Below, piece after piece: positions 48,398-57,349 of a stretch of 64,000 bases of DNA. The position numbers and the translations under genes were made by a program. How positions within the stretch are numbered: the first letter of the stretch is position 1; every line of letters starts with the position of its first letter. This stretch comes from a virus. The notes under the pieces were generated by a model that saw nothing but the letters and a program-made list of their open reading frames with translations, searched no databases and was not told where the DNA came from. The stretch is taken from IMG/VR virus record IMGVR_UViG_3300042923_001352, positions 7,490-71,489 of that record. One strand, written 5' to 3'.

Positions 48398-51300
48398 ATG
48401 ACTTTAAATTGGATAAAGCCTGCAGTAACAGCATCTGGGAGCGGTTTACCAACCAATGTTTACGTCATTGAACTTAGTAGATGGGGCATTAACAATGATG
48501 GAACAAATCCATTAACAACAACCCAAGGTATTAACAATGCTCTAGCTTGGGCTTATACAAATGGTTATACCTACGTTAAGTTGCCAGTAGGAACTTATAT
48601 GATAAGTAAAGGAGCGGTCAATAGTGACTATAGTGTTGATGCCTGCATACAACCTCAGAGTAACACTACCTTAGACTTATACGGATGTGTTATACAAAAG
48701 GAAACAAGTGGGTGGGAAAGCTCCGTCACTGTGAATATAACTAAGAAAAACAATGTAACTGTATTGGGTGGGAAAATTGTTGGGGACAATGATACCCATG
48801 ACTTTGTTACATCACAAGGTATACATGAAGGAGTTATAGGAATAGCGGTAGAAAGAGGGAGTACAAATGTTACATTAGAGAATATGGACATTACCTCTTT
48901 TGCAGGGTATAGTGTATGCCTCACAGGTACATTCTCACAATTAGCAGTAACTTCATATGCAAACTGGGAAGCAGGAGACTTGGATGGCACTGGTCTACCA
49001 AAAGTTAATGCTAGTAGAATGCGTATGAATACCTTCATACAACTGTCTACATTAGCAACTGCCTCGGGTCAGGGCGTTCACGACAACACATCAACTAATG
49101 GTGGGTACTTTGTCATTTGGGGCAACGGCTATGGAACACATGGTACTCGTTATGATGGAAATCCAGTAAGCCTTAGTAAGGAGATATTTGAGATACATTG
49201 CTATGATGCTTCCGATGTATATAAAGGCTTCATAAAGAAAAGAAATAATGATGCTGTCTATTTAAATACTCTACCTGCGGGAACTACTAAGTTCAAACTA
49301 GTGGTTAGATATGACATTACACAAATCATACCTAGCACATTTAGTTTCCAAATAAATGCTTTCACTTACTCCAAAGACATTGTTGTGCGTAACTGTAAAA
49401 TCCATGACTCCTTCTCCTTAGCTATAGCTATAACAGGGGCACAGCAAGTTGTTATTGAGAACTGTGAAATGTACAGGATCGGCAATGCTCTTACTGGTAC
49501 TCCAGGAAGAAGGCTATATCCATTTCCTATGGCAATTGACATTGAGGATGGAGCCAACATTAATCAGTACATCATCATAAGAAATAATATATTTAGAGAT
49601 AATGAGAGTCTGCACATAAGTGCCTCGCATGTGAGAAACATAGTTATAGAGAATAATCAGTTTGATCCTCCAACAAACGGTCTTAGTGGCGGGGTTGTAT
49701 TCCAAGGATCTAGAGGAGCTGGGCTACTTTCTCGTAACAATTACTATAACTGTGCAGTAGGTAACGGTATGGGAAACTGTACTTTTCAAAATGATACTTT
49801 TGCGGATGGGAACATGCAGATGCAGTATGATGCTACCTACACTAACTGTTTATTTAACAATATGACTTTCTCACTGGACGCATATACTTTACCTATATGG
49901 ACTGCTACAGCGTACACAGCGGGAAACAGCGTATTGCCAATTGAGAAGCAGACTGAAGCTTGGATAAATAATCCACTATACTACGTAACATCATCTGTTG
50001 GTGCAACTGTATGGGGAGTTAAGAGATATGTTGTTAATAATCTTGTCATAACCACAGTATCTGGAGTCACTAGAATATATAAATGTACAGTTGTACCTGG
50101 CAGTGGTAATACTGCCAATCAGCCTAGCGGTACTGATACTGTAGCTTATGCTGATGGGTATACATGGCAGTATATAGCAGATCACACTGAGCCTATATGG
50201 AAAACAGATGGCACAGACACTACTGATAATGCAGGTAATGTGTGGAGATCATTCTCATATATCGGAGATGCTAGAGAGTATGATGCTGTGAAATTTAAAG
50301 ATTGCAAATTCATCTACAATAAGCTTGAGACAGGCAACTGGGTTACTCGTAGGGGAGCAGCAGAGTTTGATAACTGCAAATTTAGCCTAGAAAGAACTGG
50401 AGGTTATTTTTCAGATCTCTCTAATGCATCCTTTGGGTGGGATCATGTGGGTAAGACTAGCTTTAGATTTACATCTTGCGACTTCGATTATAAGACTATA
50501 TTTGGTATTGTGAAAGGTAACAAGATATCATTCATTAACTCAACCTTCAGTGGTAAGTCAGATAGTAGTAGCAATGCAGTTGCTATTGCAAATGAGTTGG
50601 TGGTAAGCAACTGCATATTTAATAACTTTGACTTGAAGCTTAGAGGTACACCACAAAATTACACTATAAGTTCTGTTTTGTATACCGTGCCAACATCGAA
50701 GCCAGTAAAGTCCCTTTACTTCAATGGTAATATAACATATACCAAGAAGACAGTAAGGGCAACTGGAGTAGCCAATGAGAGCATCCACATAAGGAATTTT
50801 GAAAATGTGTTCATTGAAAATAACAAGGCATTTATGACAGGGTCTACAGCAAGTGTTAGAGCACTGACCGTATATGGAGAAAAGTACTTGAAAATGACAG
50901 GCAATTACTTTGAATCCAGTAGTACTAACAATAAGCTAGAACTATTTGGAGCCTTTAGGGATGTTGACTATACTCTGCCTGTACCTAAGCTAACAGTCTA
51001 CATGGAAAAGAACCACATGTTGCAGTATCCTATTCTACAAGACGTATCCTATACTAAACAATTATCTAAATTATTAGGTGATGGGTTAACTGATATAGCA
51101 TTAGCCTCTATTGGGTCTACAGACAGAGTGCCCTCTGAACCTACCTCGGGCACTTATGTACTTGGTCAGATTATTTACAACTCCGCCCCAATCCCTGGTG
51201 GTTATCTTGGTTGGATTTGTACAACAACTGGAATCGCAAACAATCAATCATGGACAGCATCTAATGCATATGCTTTAGGTAATCGCATTAATGCTGGTGG

Positions 51301-51454
51301 TCATGTTTACGAAGTTACAATAGCTGGAACTTCAGCAGGTTCAGTGCCAACTTGGCCAACTACATCTGGAGATACTGTAGTTGATGGAACTGTAACCTGG
51401 AAAGAAGTCGGAATATTGGCTGTCTTTAAAGCGTTTGGTTTAATTTCAGGATAA
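48398..51454 (+). CDS. cassette 4 B protein: beta-helix depolymerase/tailspike-like
   Basis: YVIELSRWGINNDGT, GINNALAWA, LPVGTY, HEG, AIDIEDG; C-terminal GGYLGWICT...FGLISG shared with B1. Confidence 0.75.
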   Translation: MTLNWIKPAVTASGSGLPTNVYVIELSRWGINNDGTNPLTTTQGINNALAWAYTNGYTYVKLPVGTYMISKGAVNSDYSVDACIQPQSNTTLDLYGCVIQKETSGWESSVTVNITKKNNVTVLGGKIVGDNDTHDFVTSQGIHEGVIGIAVERGSTNVTLENMDITSFAGYSVCLTGTFSQLAVTSYANWEAGDLDGTGLPKVNASRMRMNTFIQLSTLATASGQGVHDNTSTNGGYFVIWGNGYGTHGTRYDGNPVSLSKEIFEIHCYDASDVYKGFIKKRNNDAVYLNTLPAGTTKFKLVVRYDITQIIPSTFSFQINAFTYSKDIVVRNCKIHDSFSLAIAITGAQQVVIENCEMYRIGNALTGTPGRRLYPFPMAIDIEDGANINQYIIIRNNIFRDNESLHISASHVRNIVIENNQFDPPTNGLSGGVVFQGSRGAGLLSRNNYYNCAVGNGMGNCTFQNDTFADGNMQMQYDATYTNCLFNNMTFSLDAYTLPIWTATAYTAGNSVLPIEKQTEAWINNPLYYVTSSVGATVWGVKRYVVNNLVITTVSGVTRIYKCTVVPGSGNTANQPSGTDTVAYADGYTWQYIADHTEPIWKTDGTDTTDNAGNVWRSFSYIGDAREYDAVKFKDCKFIYNKLETGNWVTRRGAAEFDNCKFSLERTGGYFSDLSNASFGWDHVGKTSFRFTSCDFDYKTIFGIVKGNKISFINSTFSGKSDSSSNAVAIANELVVSNCIFNNFDLKLRGTPQNYTISSVLYTVPTSKPVKSLYFNGNITYTKKTVRATGVANESIHIRNFENVFIENNKAFMTGSTASVRALTVYGEKYLKMTGNYFESSSTNNKLELFGAFRDVDYTLPVPKLTVYMEKNHMLQYPILQDVSYTKQLSKLLGDGLTDIALASIGSTDRVPSEPTSGTYVLGQIIYNSAPIPGGYLGWICTTTGIANNQSWTASNAYALGNRINAGGHVYEVTIAGTSAGSVPTWPTTSGDTVVDGTVTWKEVGILAVFKAFGLISG

Positions 51455-51563
51455 TAAAAGAATTTTAATTAGGCACCCCAGTGGTGTCTTTTTATTTGCA
51501 AAAATGTTCACCGTTATAACATGCTATTGGAATCATATTAGTAATGTAATAGGAGTGATAACA

Positions 51564-52148
51564 ATGAGCTTACCAAATAAATGCAGAATTCTCGGGGTTG
51601 ACATATCAAAATCCTCGACAGGTTGGAGTATCGTTGACGTTGATTCTTCAAATGGAGAACCAAAACTTAAATTAGTCGACTACGGTTTTATCCCAACTAA
51701 ATCCATGAACCACGGACAATCACTAATTGCAATTGAAAAGAAACTAGAATTAATCATCAGTACTTATAAACCGACAAATGTCGCTATTGAAGCAATGTTT
51801 GTAGGTAAAAATGCTGGTACTGGTATGACATTGGCAAATGCTCATGGAGTAGTATTGTTAGTATGTGCTAAGAATAACTTAACGTACAACTATTACTCAG
51901 TCATGACTCTAAAGAGTAAAACTTTAGGTGGTATTAAAACTAAAAAAGAAGATGGCACTAAAAAAACTGGTGACGAAATGAAAGAAGAAGTTTCAAGAAA
52001 GATTATTGAGATATTCGGAGCAAATTCATTTACTAAAGAACTAAATAATGACGTTACAGATAGCATAAGCGCAGCCTATACATTTGTCGTAATGGATGGA
52101 CTTGAAATTGAAAAACCCAAAAAGACTAAGAAAAAGAAAACCACCTAA
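51564..52148 (+). CDS. ruvC: RuvC-like Holliday junction resolvase
   Basis: ILGVDISKSSTGWS, VAIE, K, NDVTDSI acidic RNase H-fold motifs; AGGAGTG RBS favours ATG 51564. Confidence 0.8.
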   Translation: MSLPNKCRILGVDISKSSTGWSIVDVDSSNGEPKLKLVDYGFIPTKSMNHGQSLIAIEKKLELIISTYKPTNVAIEAMFVGKNAGTGMTLANAHGVVLLVCAKNNLTYNYYSVMTLKSKTLGGIKTKKEDGTKKTGDEMKEEVSRKIIEIFGANSFTKELNNDVTDSISAAYTFVVMDGLEIEKPKKTKKKKTT

Positions 52149-52176
52149 AAAGTGGTTTTTTTATTTTAAAAAGTTA

Positions 52177-52205
52177 TTTACATAATTATTATTTTGTGAT
52201 ATAAT
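52177..52205 (+). promoter_or_regulatory. sigmaA-type early promoter with extended -10
   Basis: TTTACA-17nt-TATAAT with TG. Confidence 0.75.
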
Positions 52206-52244
52206 ATAAATATAAGGAAGAGATTGAGGAGGTTGCATAAAAAT

Positions 52245-52472
52245 ATGAAAGAACAAGAAAAATACTGTTCTCAGTGTAAACATATGATGTATCACGACTG
52301 GTATAATTGTACTGTTGAAAATTTTAAAGCTGACACTGAAGAAGAAGCGAAAGAAAAGATAAAAGAACAAAAAGGTTTAGATTTTGATGACTATTGGGGT
52401 TTTATCAGAATTCATGACATTGAAAGACATAAAAATTGTCTGTACTTTGAGCTCCACGCTGAGGAGGAATGA
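52245..52472 (+). CDS. hypothetical Cys-containing protein
   Basis: GAGGAGG RBS; CSQCKH ... C ... C. Confidence 0.6.
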   Translation: MKEQEKYCSQCKHMMYHDWYNCTVENFKADTEEEAKEKIKEQKGLDFDDYWGFIRIHDIERHKNCLYFELHAEEE

Positions 52473-52474
52473 AC

Positions 52475-52675
52475 ATGAAAAAGCCCTACCCAAAAGAAAC
52501 TGAAATCCATGAAAAATTTTCTATCCATGACAAAGAAACACTGATCGAACTGGAGGCTTTTTTCAGAAAATCATTTAATACCACATCAGCTGCAGGACTC
52601 GCTGGAACCGACCTGAGAAAAAGATGTGAAATCGCTCGGTATTATCTGGCAAAACTAAATCAGGAAGAAATGTAG
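52475..52675 (+). CDS. hypothetical protein
   Basis: GAGGAGG RBS. Confidence 0.6.
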   Translation: MKKPYPKETEIHEKFSIHDKETLIELEAFFRKSFNTTSAAGLAGTDLRKRCEIARYYLAKLNQEEM

Positions 52676-52768
52676 GAGACTTTGAAAATAATGATTGAAT
52701 CAGTGATAATATTGACGTATTCAAAATCTTCACAATCAAAAGACAGAAAAATAAGGGAGCTCATATAA

Positions 52769-53248
52769 ATGGAAAAGTTTACATTCTTTTGGCAAAAATT
52801 TTCACCTTTTTCGCACTGGTATAAATCCAATTTTACAATTGATAATATCGATTTTAATTGTGGAGAACAAGCAATGATGTACTACAAAAGTATTCTTTTT
52901 AATGATAGTGTTATTGCTGATGAAGTATTGAAGGAAACAGACCCATCTCAGCACAAGAAACTTGGTCGTGAAGTAAAAAACTTCAACAGTGTAATTTGGG
53001 ATAAACATAAATTAGACATTGTTTATAAGATCAACAAAGCAAAGTTTTCTCAAAATCCAAAATTGTTAAAAGCTTTACTAGACACAAAAGGTACAACACT
53101 TGCTGAAGCTAGTCCTTATGACATCGTTTGGGGCATTGGGTACGAAAAAGATCATCCTAATGCTAAAGATAGAACCAAGTGGAGAGGCCAAAACTTACTT
53201 GGAGAAATCTTAACGAAAGTCAGAAACGATCTGGAGGCGACAAAATAA
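52769..53248 (+). CDS. NADAR (YbiA/DUF1768) family ADP-ribose/N-glycosidase
   Basis: FFW..SPFSHWY, EQAMMYYK, KKLGREV, AKFSQNP.L...LL.T, EASPYDIVWGIG, WRGQNLLG. Confidence 0.93.
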   Translation: MEKFTFFWQKFSPFSHWYKSNFTIDNIDFNCGEQAMMYYKSILFNDSVIADEVLKETDPSQHKKLGREVKNFNSVIWDKHKLDIVYKINKAKFSQNPKLLKALLDTKGTTLAEASPYDIVWGIGYEKDHPNAKDRTKWRGQNLLGEILTKVRNDLEATK

Positions 53249-53487
53249 TGTTTTGGTTTCCAACTGAAAAGATACTTCGAGATAGAGAAACTTTGAAAAA
53301 AGCTATTGAAAAAGCAAGAGAAAGCAATCTTCCATTAGAAGAAATCAAAAAAGCATTTTTCTCATTGGGGTATCATGATGGTTTTGCTGTTGTAAGTTTA
53401 GCTGGTCACTGGTTTGAACTTGCAGCTTATCTTGGGCTAAGCACTAATGAATGGGATGCTATGGGTTTTCCAAGATGGATGTCATAA
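53248..53487 (+). CDS. hypothetical protein
   Basis: GGAGG RBS and TAATG coupling give start 53248. Confidence 0.65.
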   Translation: MFWFPTEKILRDRETLKKAIEKARESNLPLEEIKKAFFSLGYHDGFAVVSLAGHWFELAAYLGLSTNEWDAMGFPRWMS

Positions 53488-53503
53488 TTAGGAGGATAAT
53501 TTT

Positions 53504-53794
53504 ATGAGTACATTTAAAGAAGTAAACAAGGGTGTTGGAGAATTTTTCAAAAACCTGAAAGCAAACTTAGAAAAAGACCCAAGGTACTTAATTAATCATT
53601 TGGCAGATAAGAACGGTGAGCTTAGAATCTATTTTGCTTCGGTCGAACAATACAATTTGTACAAAGAAGGTAAGGCAACAATTGGCTCGACGGAAAGATT
53701 TTTTAGTACAGACCCATTTTGCATGATTCCAAAAGAAAGAATTGAAAAAATTACAGATGGTATGACACTTGCTCATATTAGGGAGGAGAATTGA
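53504..53794 (+). CDS. hypothetical protein
   Basis: AGGAGG RBS. Confidence 0.65.
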   Translation: MSTFKEVNKGVGEFFKNLKANLEKDPRYLINHLADKNGELRIYFASVEQYNLYKEGKATIGSTERFFSTDPFCMIPKERIEKITDGMTLAHIREEN

Positions 53795-53798
53795 AAGA

Positions 53799-54056
53799 AT
53801 GAAACAAAAACAAATTACACTTGGAGAGTTTATTGCCAAATTACAACAAATTGAGGATCAAGATGCCATTGTATTAGCTTCAGATTACAATGGCGGCTTT
53901 CATGCATTATATGAAGCGCATATCAACTATCGTAAAAAGGGCGATCCATTAGATTTGCCAGCTGAAGATGCGTATAATAAATTTTCAGATAAACAGGAAA
54001 GATGCAAAACTGGCATTGTTTATGTTGGACACGAGCTTGATAATTGTGGATTTTAA
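53799..54056 (+). CDS. hypothetical protein
   Basis: GGGAGG RBS; ITLGEFIAKLQQI common phage small-protein start. Confidence 0.65.
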   Translation: MKQKQITLGEFIAKLQQIEDQDAIVLASDYNGGFHALYEAHINYRKKGDPLDLPAEDAYNKFSDKQERCKTGIVYVGHELDNCGF

Positions 54057-54121
54057 TAAATGATGTAAAACAACATAAATTATTCTATAAAATATCAATT
54101 AATAGGAGATAGAGGCGTAAC

Positions 54122-54334
54122 ATGGAAAACAGCTTTGTACCAAAAACAGCGGATGACTTTACTGTTGAAGAAAAGTGTAAAGCATTTGACGAACTTTTTA
54201 AAATGGCTAGAGATCATTATGACAGCGTAGTTGAAGATGGTCGGTATGATAGTGATGATAGACATTATATGTATGAAGCATTGGTCTCACTACTTGGTGA
54301 TGGAGTATGGGACGTACTTAATTCAAAAATGTAA
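54122..54334 (+). CDS. hypothetical protein
   Basis: RBS present; followed by terminator 54346-54369. Confidence 0.65.
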   Translation: MENSFVPKTADDFTVEEKCKAFDELFKMARDHYDSVVEDGRYDSDDRHYMYEALVSLLGDGVWDVLNSKM

Positions 54335-54445
54335 AATGCTTAAGTAAGCCTCCTTCAGGAGGCTTTTTTATTTGTCTTTTAACAAATAATACAAAACGAC
54401 ATAAAATAACTCCTATAAAGTTGTGATTAAAATAGGAGACAATTT

Positions 54446-55252
54446 ATGATAGGTATATATGCCATTAAAAACAAAATAAATAACAAGATGTACATTGGTA
54501 AAGGTGTTAGTATTGAAGGTAGATGGGCAAGTCATAAAACAGGTTTGAGAAAAAATTCTCATGGAAATGATTATTTGCAAAAAGCTTGGAACAAATATGG
54601 TGAAGAGAATTTTGATTTTGTGGTCCTAGAAATTACAGATAGAGAGTCTTTAAGCGATAGAGAGATATCTCTAATTTTTCAGCATAAGACCGCCAATAGA
54701 GATTTTGGTTACAATATCTCACTGGGCGGTGATGGAGGTTTACATTCAGAAGAAACAAAAAGAAAAATCTCCATTGGTAACAAAGGTAAAAAACTATCTA
54801 TTGAACATAGAAGTAAGTTGTCTAGAGTTAAGTCTGAAGCAGAAAAAGAAAAAATAAGTAAGACTAAAAAAGAAAAAAATAAAGGTAAAATTTCTGAAAA
54901 TTTCTTTTGGTATGGTAGAAATCACTCAGAAGAATCAAAGAAAAAAATAAGTCAATCAAAAAAAGGAACAAAACTTTCTAATAAACAAATAGAAGCAATC
55001 AGAGCAGCAAGTACTGGTAGACAGCATTCTAAAGAAAGTATTGAATTAATGACAAAGCAAAAGTTGAAATTATCTGACGAACAAGTCTTTGAAGTTATAA
55101 ATCTAATTACCAACAAAGCTAATCCGCAAGAAATAGGTAGGCAATTTGGCGTGTCAGATAAAACCATCATTAGAATTGCTAATAATACGACTTATACGCA
55201 CTTAAAGAGAGACAAAATGTACGATAAGTACAAAAGAGGAGAATGGATATGA
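54446..55252 (+). mobile_element. free-standing GIY-YIG homing endonuclease with NUMOD3-like repeats and C-terminal HTH
   Basis: GIYAIKNKINNKMYIG, R..H, LQKAWNKYG, GYN; HSEETKRKIS / HSEESKKKIS repeats; overlaps sbcD start. Confidence 0.9.
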
Positions 55253-56391
55253 AAATATTGACGTTCAGCGATCTGCACCTGGGAGTTTCATCATATGGGC
55301 GCATAGATGCAACCACAAACTTAAACACTCGCGTACTAAATGCTTGCAAGTCACTAGATCAAATGATTGATTATGCTATTAAGAGAAATATTAAATTAAT
55401 TGTGTTTGCTGGAGATGCATATAAGAACTCTCTTCCATCAGAAACATTGAAGTCTGAGTTTAACCAAAGAATTATGAGAGCTGCAGATAAAGGAATTAAA
55501 ATATTGCTACTCGATGGAAATCACGATGTAGATAAAATTGAAACTAAAAAGTCTCCAATGGTTGCATTTGACGATTTGAAGGTAGATAGCATTGTACAAA
55601 CAAGATTTCATAGAGAAGAATTAGTTACGATTGACGGTGAAACAATTAAGTTTGTATTCTTACCAACGTATCATACTGCAGAAGAGATTGAAGAAATTAC
55701 AAATCAAACAACTTATGATGGTAACCCAATCATTTACATTTTCCACGGGACGTTTCGCGGGGCCAATTTAAATGACTGGAACATAGCTGAAAAGGAAACT
55801 TATGTCGATCCAGCAATTTTCGATAAAGAGGGTGTTGCTGCCTGCATATCTGGTCACTTACACAAGCACCAAATTCTCTACAATAAGCCACTTGTTTACT
55901 ATGTTGGTTCATTACAACGAGTTGATTTTTCTGAAGAAAAACAAGATAAAGGTTTTGTTTTACTTGAGGTTGAGCCAGATGGGTCTATAGCTTATGATTT
56001 CATCAAAATTGAATCTCAAAAATTCTTTACACTTGACTTGGATCTTATTGGAGAAACTGGCGAAACAGATCAAATTATTCAAAATCTAGACATGTTCAAG
56101 AAAAAAGTTGAAAATGCAATTGTTCGTATTAGAATTGATGTTGATAAGAGTAATTCTATCAATGAAGTAAGGGTATATGAACATGCTTACAAACTTGGAG
56201 CCGAAAATGTACTTGATATTCAGAAAAAGTTCCAAAAGCAAAATACAACAAGGGTCGCAGGTTTAGACGAACACGTCGATGAGTATAAAGCTCTTGAGCT
56301 TTACTATAAAGGCAAGGATAATGCAGATAAACTTATTGAAAAAGGTAGAAATATTATTGACCAGGCAAAGAAAGAGGGTAAAATCTCATGA
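55249..56391 (+). CDS. sbcD: SbcD/Mre11 nuclease subunit
   Basis: SDLHLG, AGD, GNHD, FHG, GHLH, YVGSLQRVDFSEE..KGF. Confidence 0.9.
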   Translation: MKILTFSDLHLGVSSYGRIDATTNLNTRVLNACKSLDQMIDYAIKRNIKLIVFAGDAYKNSLPSETLKSEFNQRIMRAADKGIKILLLDGNHDVDKIETKKSPMVAFDDLKVDSIVQTRFHREELVTIDGETIKFVFLPTYHTAEEIEEITNQTTYDGNPIIYIFHGTFRGANLNDWNIAEKETYVDPAIFDKEGVAACISGHLHKHQILYNKPLVYYVGSLQRVDFSEEKQDKGFVLLEVEPDGSIAYDFIKIESQKFFTLDLDLIGETGETDQIIQNLDMFKKKVENAIVRIRIDVDKSNSINEVRVYEHAYKLGAENVLDIQKKFQKQNTTRVAGLDEHVDEYKALELYYKGKDNADKLIEKGRNIIDQAKKEGKIS

Positions 56392-56600
56392 AATTGATAA
56401 ATGAAGAAACTTTAAAACAAATATTAGAACATTATCCTAAGAGTCAACATGAACTAATAACAAGTCAGATTGAAAAGATGGAAAAGTTGATAACAGAAAA
56501 CATGAGTAAATATGTTGATGATAAAGGTTTTCAAGGAGCTTTTGATCTTATCTTGAAAAAGATTATAGAGGGAGAATTCTTACAAAAGGAGACTGTTTAA
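56388..56600 (+). CDS. hypothetical protein
   Basis: ATGA overlap with sbcD stop, GAGGG RBS. Confidence 0.6.
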   Translation: MKLINEETLKQILEHYPKSQHELITSQIEKMEKLITENMSKYVDDKGFQGAFDLILKKIIEGEFLQKETV

Positions 56601-56987
56601 ATGCCTAGTAGTAATTTAGATTGTTGCATTTACTATGGCATTCTCATTGATAAGAATGATTTGCATAGTACAGCTATTTTTGATGGTTGTAATAATATAT
56701 TAGACTTTCTTTCTAAACATGAATTTGATTATAGACTCATTGGCAGTTCTAGTTATTCTAAAAAAATGGTTGTTGGAAAAGAAATTCATTGGGATTATGG
56801 TTCCTATGTTACCGAAGTAACGTTTAATGATAACAAAATCAATTTACATTCAACTTTAGAAATGGAAAATGACAGTTTTCAGATTAACAATAATTTGGAG
56901 TTCAACAATGAAGAAACAGATCAAAAATTAAAAATAGCTGGTATATCACTTGTACCTAAGTTTTATATTATAACAAGTAAAGAATAG
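56601..56987 (+). CDS. hypothetical protein
   Basis: AAGGAG RBS; followed by terminator near 56992-57022. Confidence 0.65.
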   Translation: MPSSNLDCCIYYGILIDKNDLHSTAIFDGCNNILDFLSKHEFDYRLIGSSSYSKKMVVGKEIHWDYGSYVTEVTFNDNKINLHSTLEMENDSFQINNNLEFNNEETDQKLKIAGISLVPKFYIITSKE

Positions 56988-57089
56988 CTAGAGAAGCCAA
57001 TTATTCATTGGCTTCTTTTTTTAATTTATATTGACAATTTTCATAATATATATGTAGGACAAAGACTATTCTTTGGAGGATTGGGATTT

Positions 57090-57332
57090 ATGGATTACGG
57101 TCCAAAAATTAAAAACCTAGCAGAAGATTTAAAGATTTCATCAAGCACAACAAATGTATCTGTTAAGGGAAGCGATGGTCAATATTATTCTTTAATGGAC
57201 ATCATTGAAAAGCAAAATACAACCATTAGAGCATTACAAATATTACTTTTGCAGAAAGGTATAATTGTAGATGAGGATGAATTTCAAGAAATAATTGATT
57301 CAATAGATGTTGTACATGAACTTACAACGTAA
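57090..57332 (+). CDS. hypothetical protein
   Basis: GGAGGA RBS. Confidence 0.6.
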   Translation: MDYGPKIKNLAEDLKISSSTTNVSVKGSDGQYYSLMDIIEKQNTTIRALQILLLQKGIIVDEDEFQEIIDSIDVVHELTT

Positions 57333-57349
57333 AACTCGGAGGGATAATT

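Noticed and set aside
25333-51454. Diversity-generating retroelement or invertase-driven tail-fibre switching (suggested by Mtd_N-like domains)
   Set aside because: No reverse transcriptase, no adenine-specific TR/VR pair and no recombinase or inverted cassette seen in this window; all cassettes are in direct orientation. Such elements could lie outside the window.
51564-52148. RuvC-like gene as a dedicated cassette-shuffling enzyme or TnpB/Cas12-like nuclease
   Set aside because: Short stand-alone resolvase without zinc finger or guide-RNA context; adjacency to the array is not evidence of a link.
52691-52768. 25-codon ORF MIESVIILTYSKSSQSKDRKIRELI upstream of NADAR
   Set aside because: RBS spacing is suboptimal and there are no recognisable features; cannot be supported.
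54446-55252. GIY-YIG gene as part of a group I intron
   Set aside because: Flanking genes are intact and no split host gene or intron core is evident; treated as free-standing.
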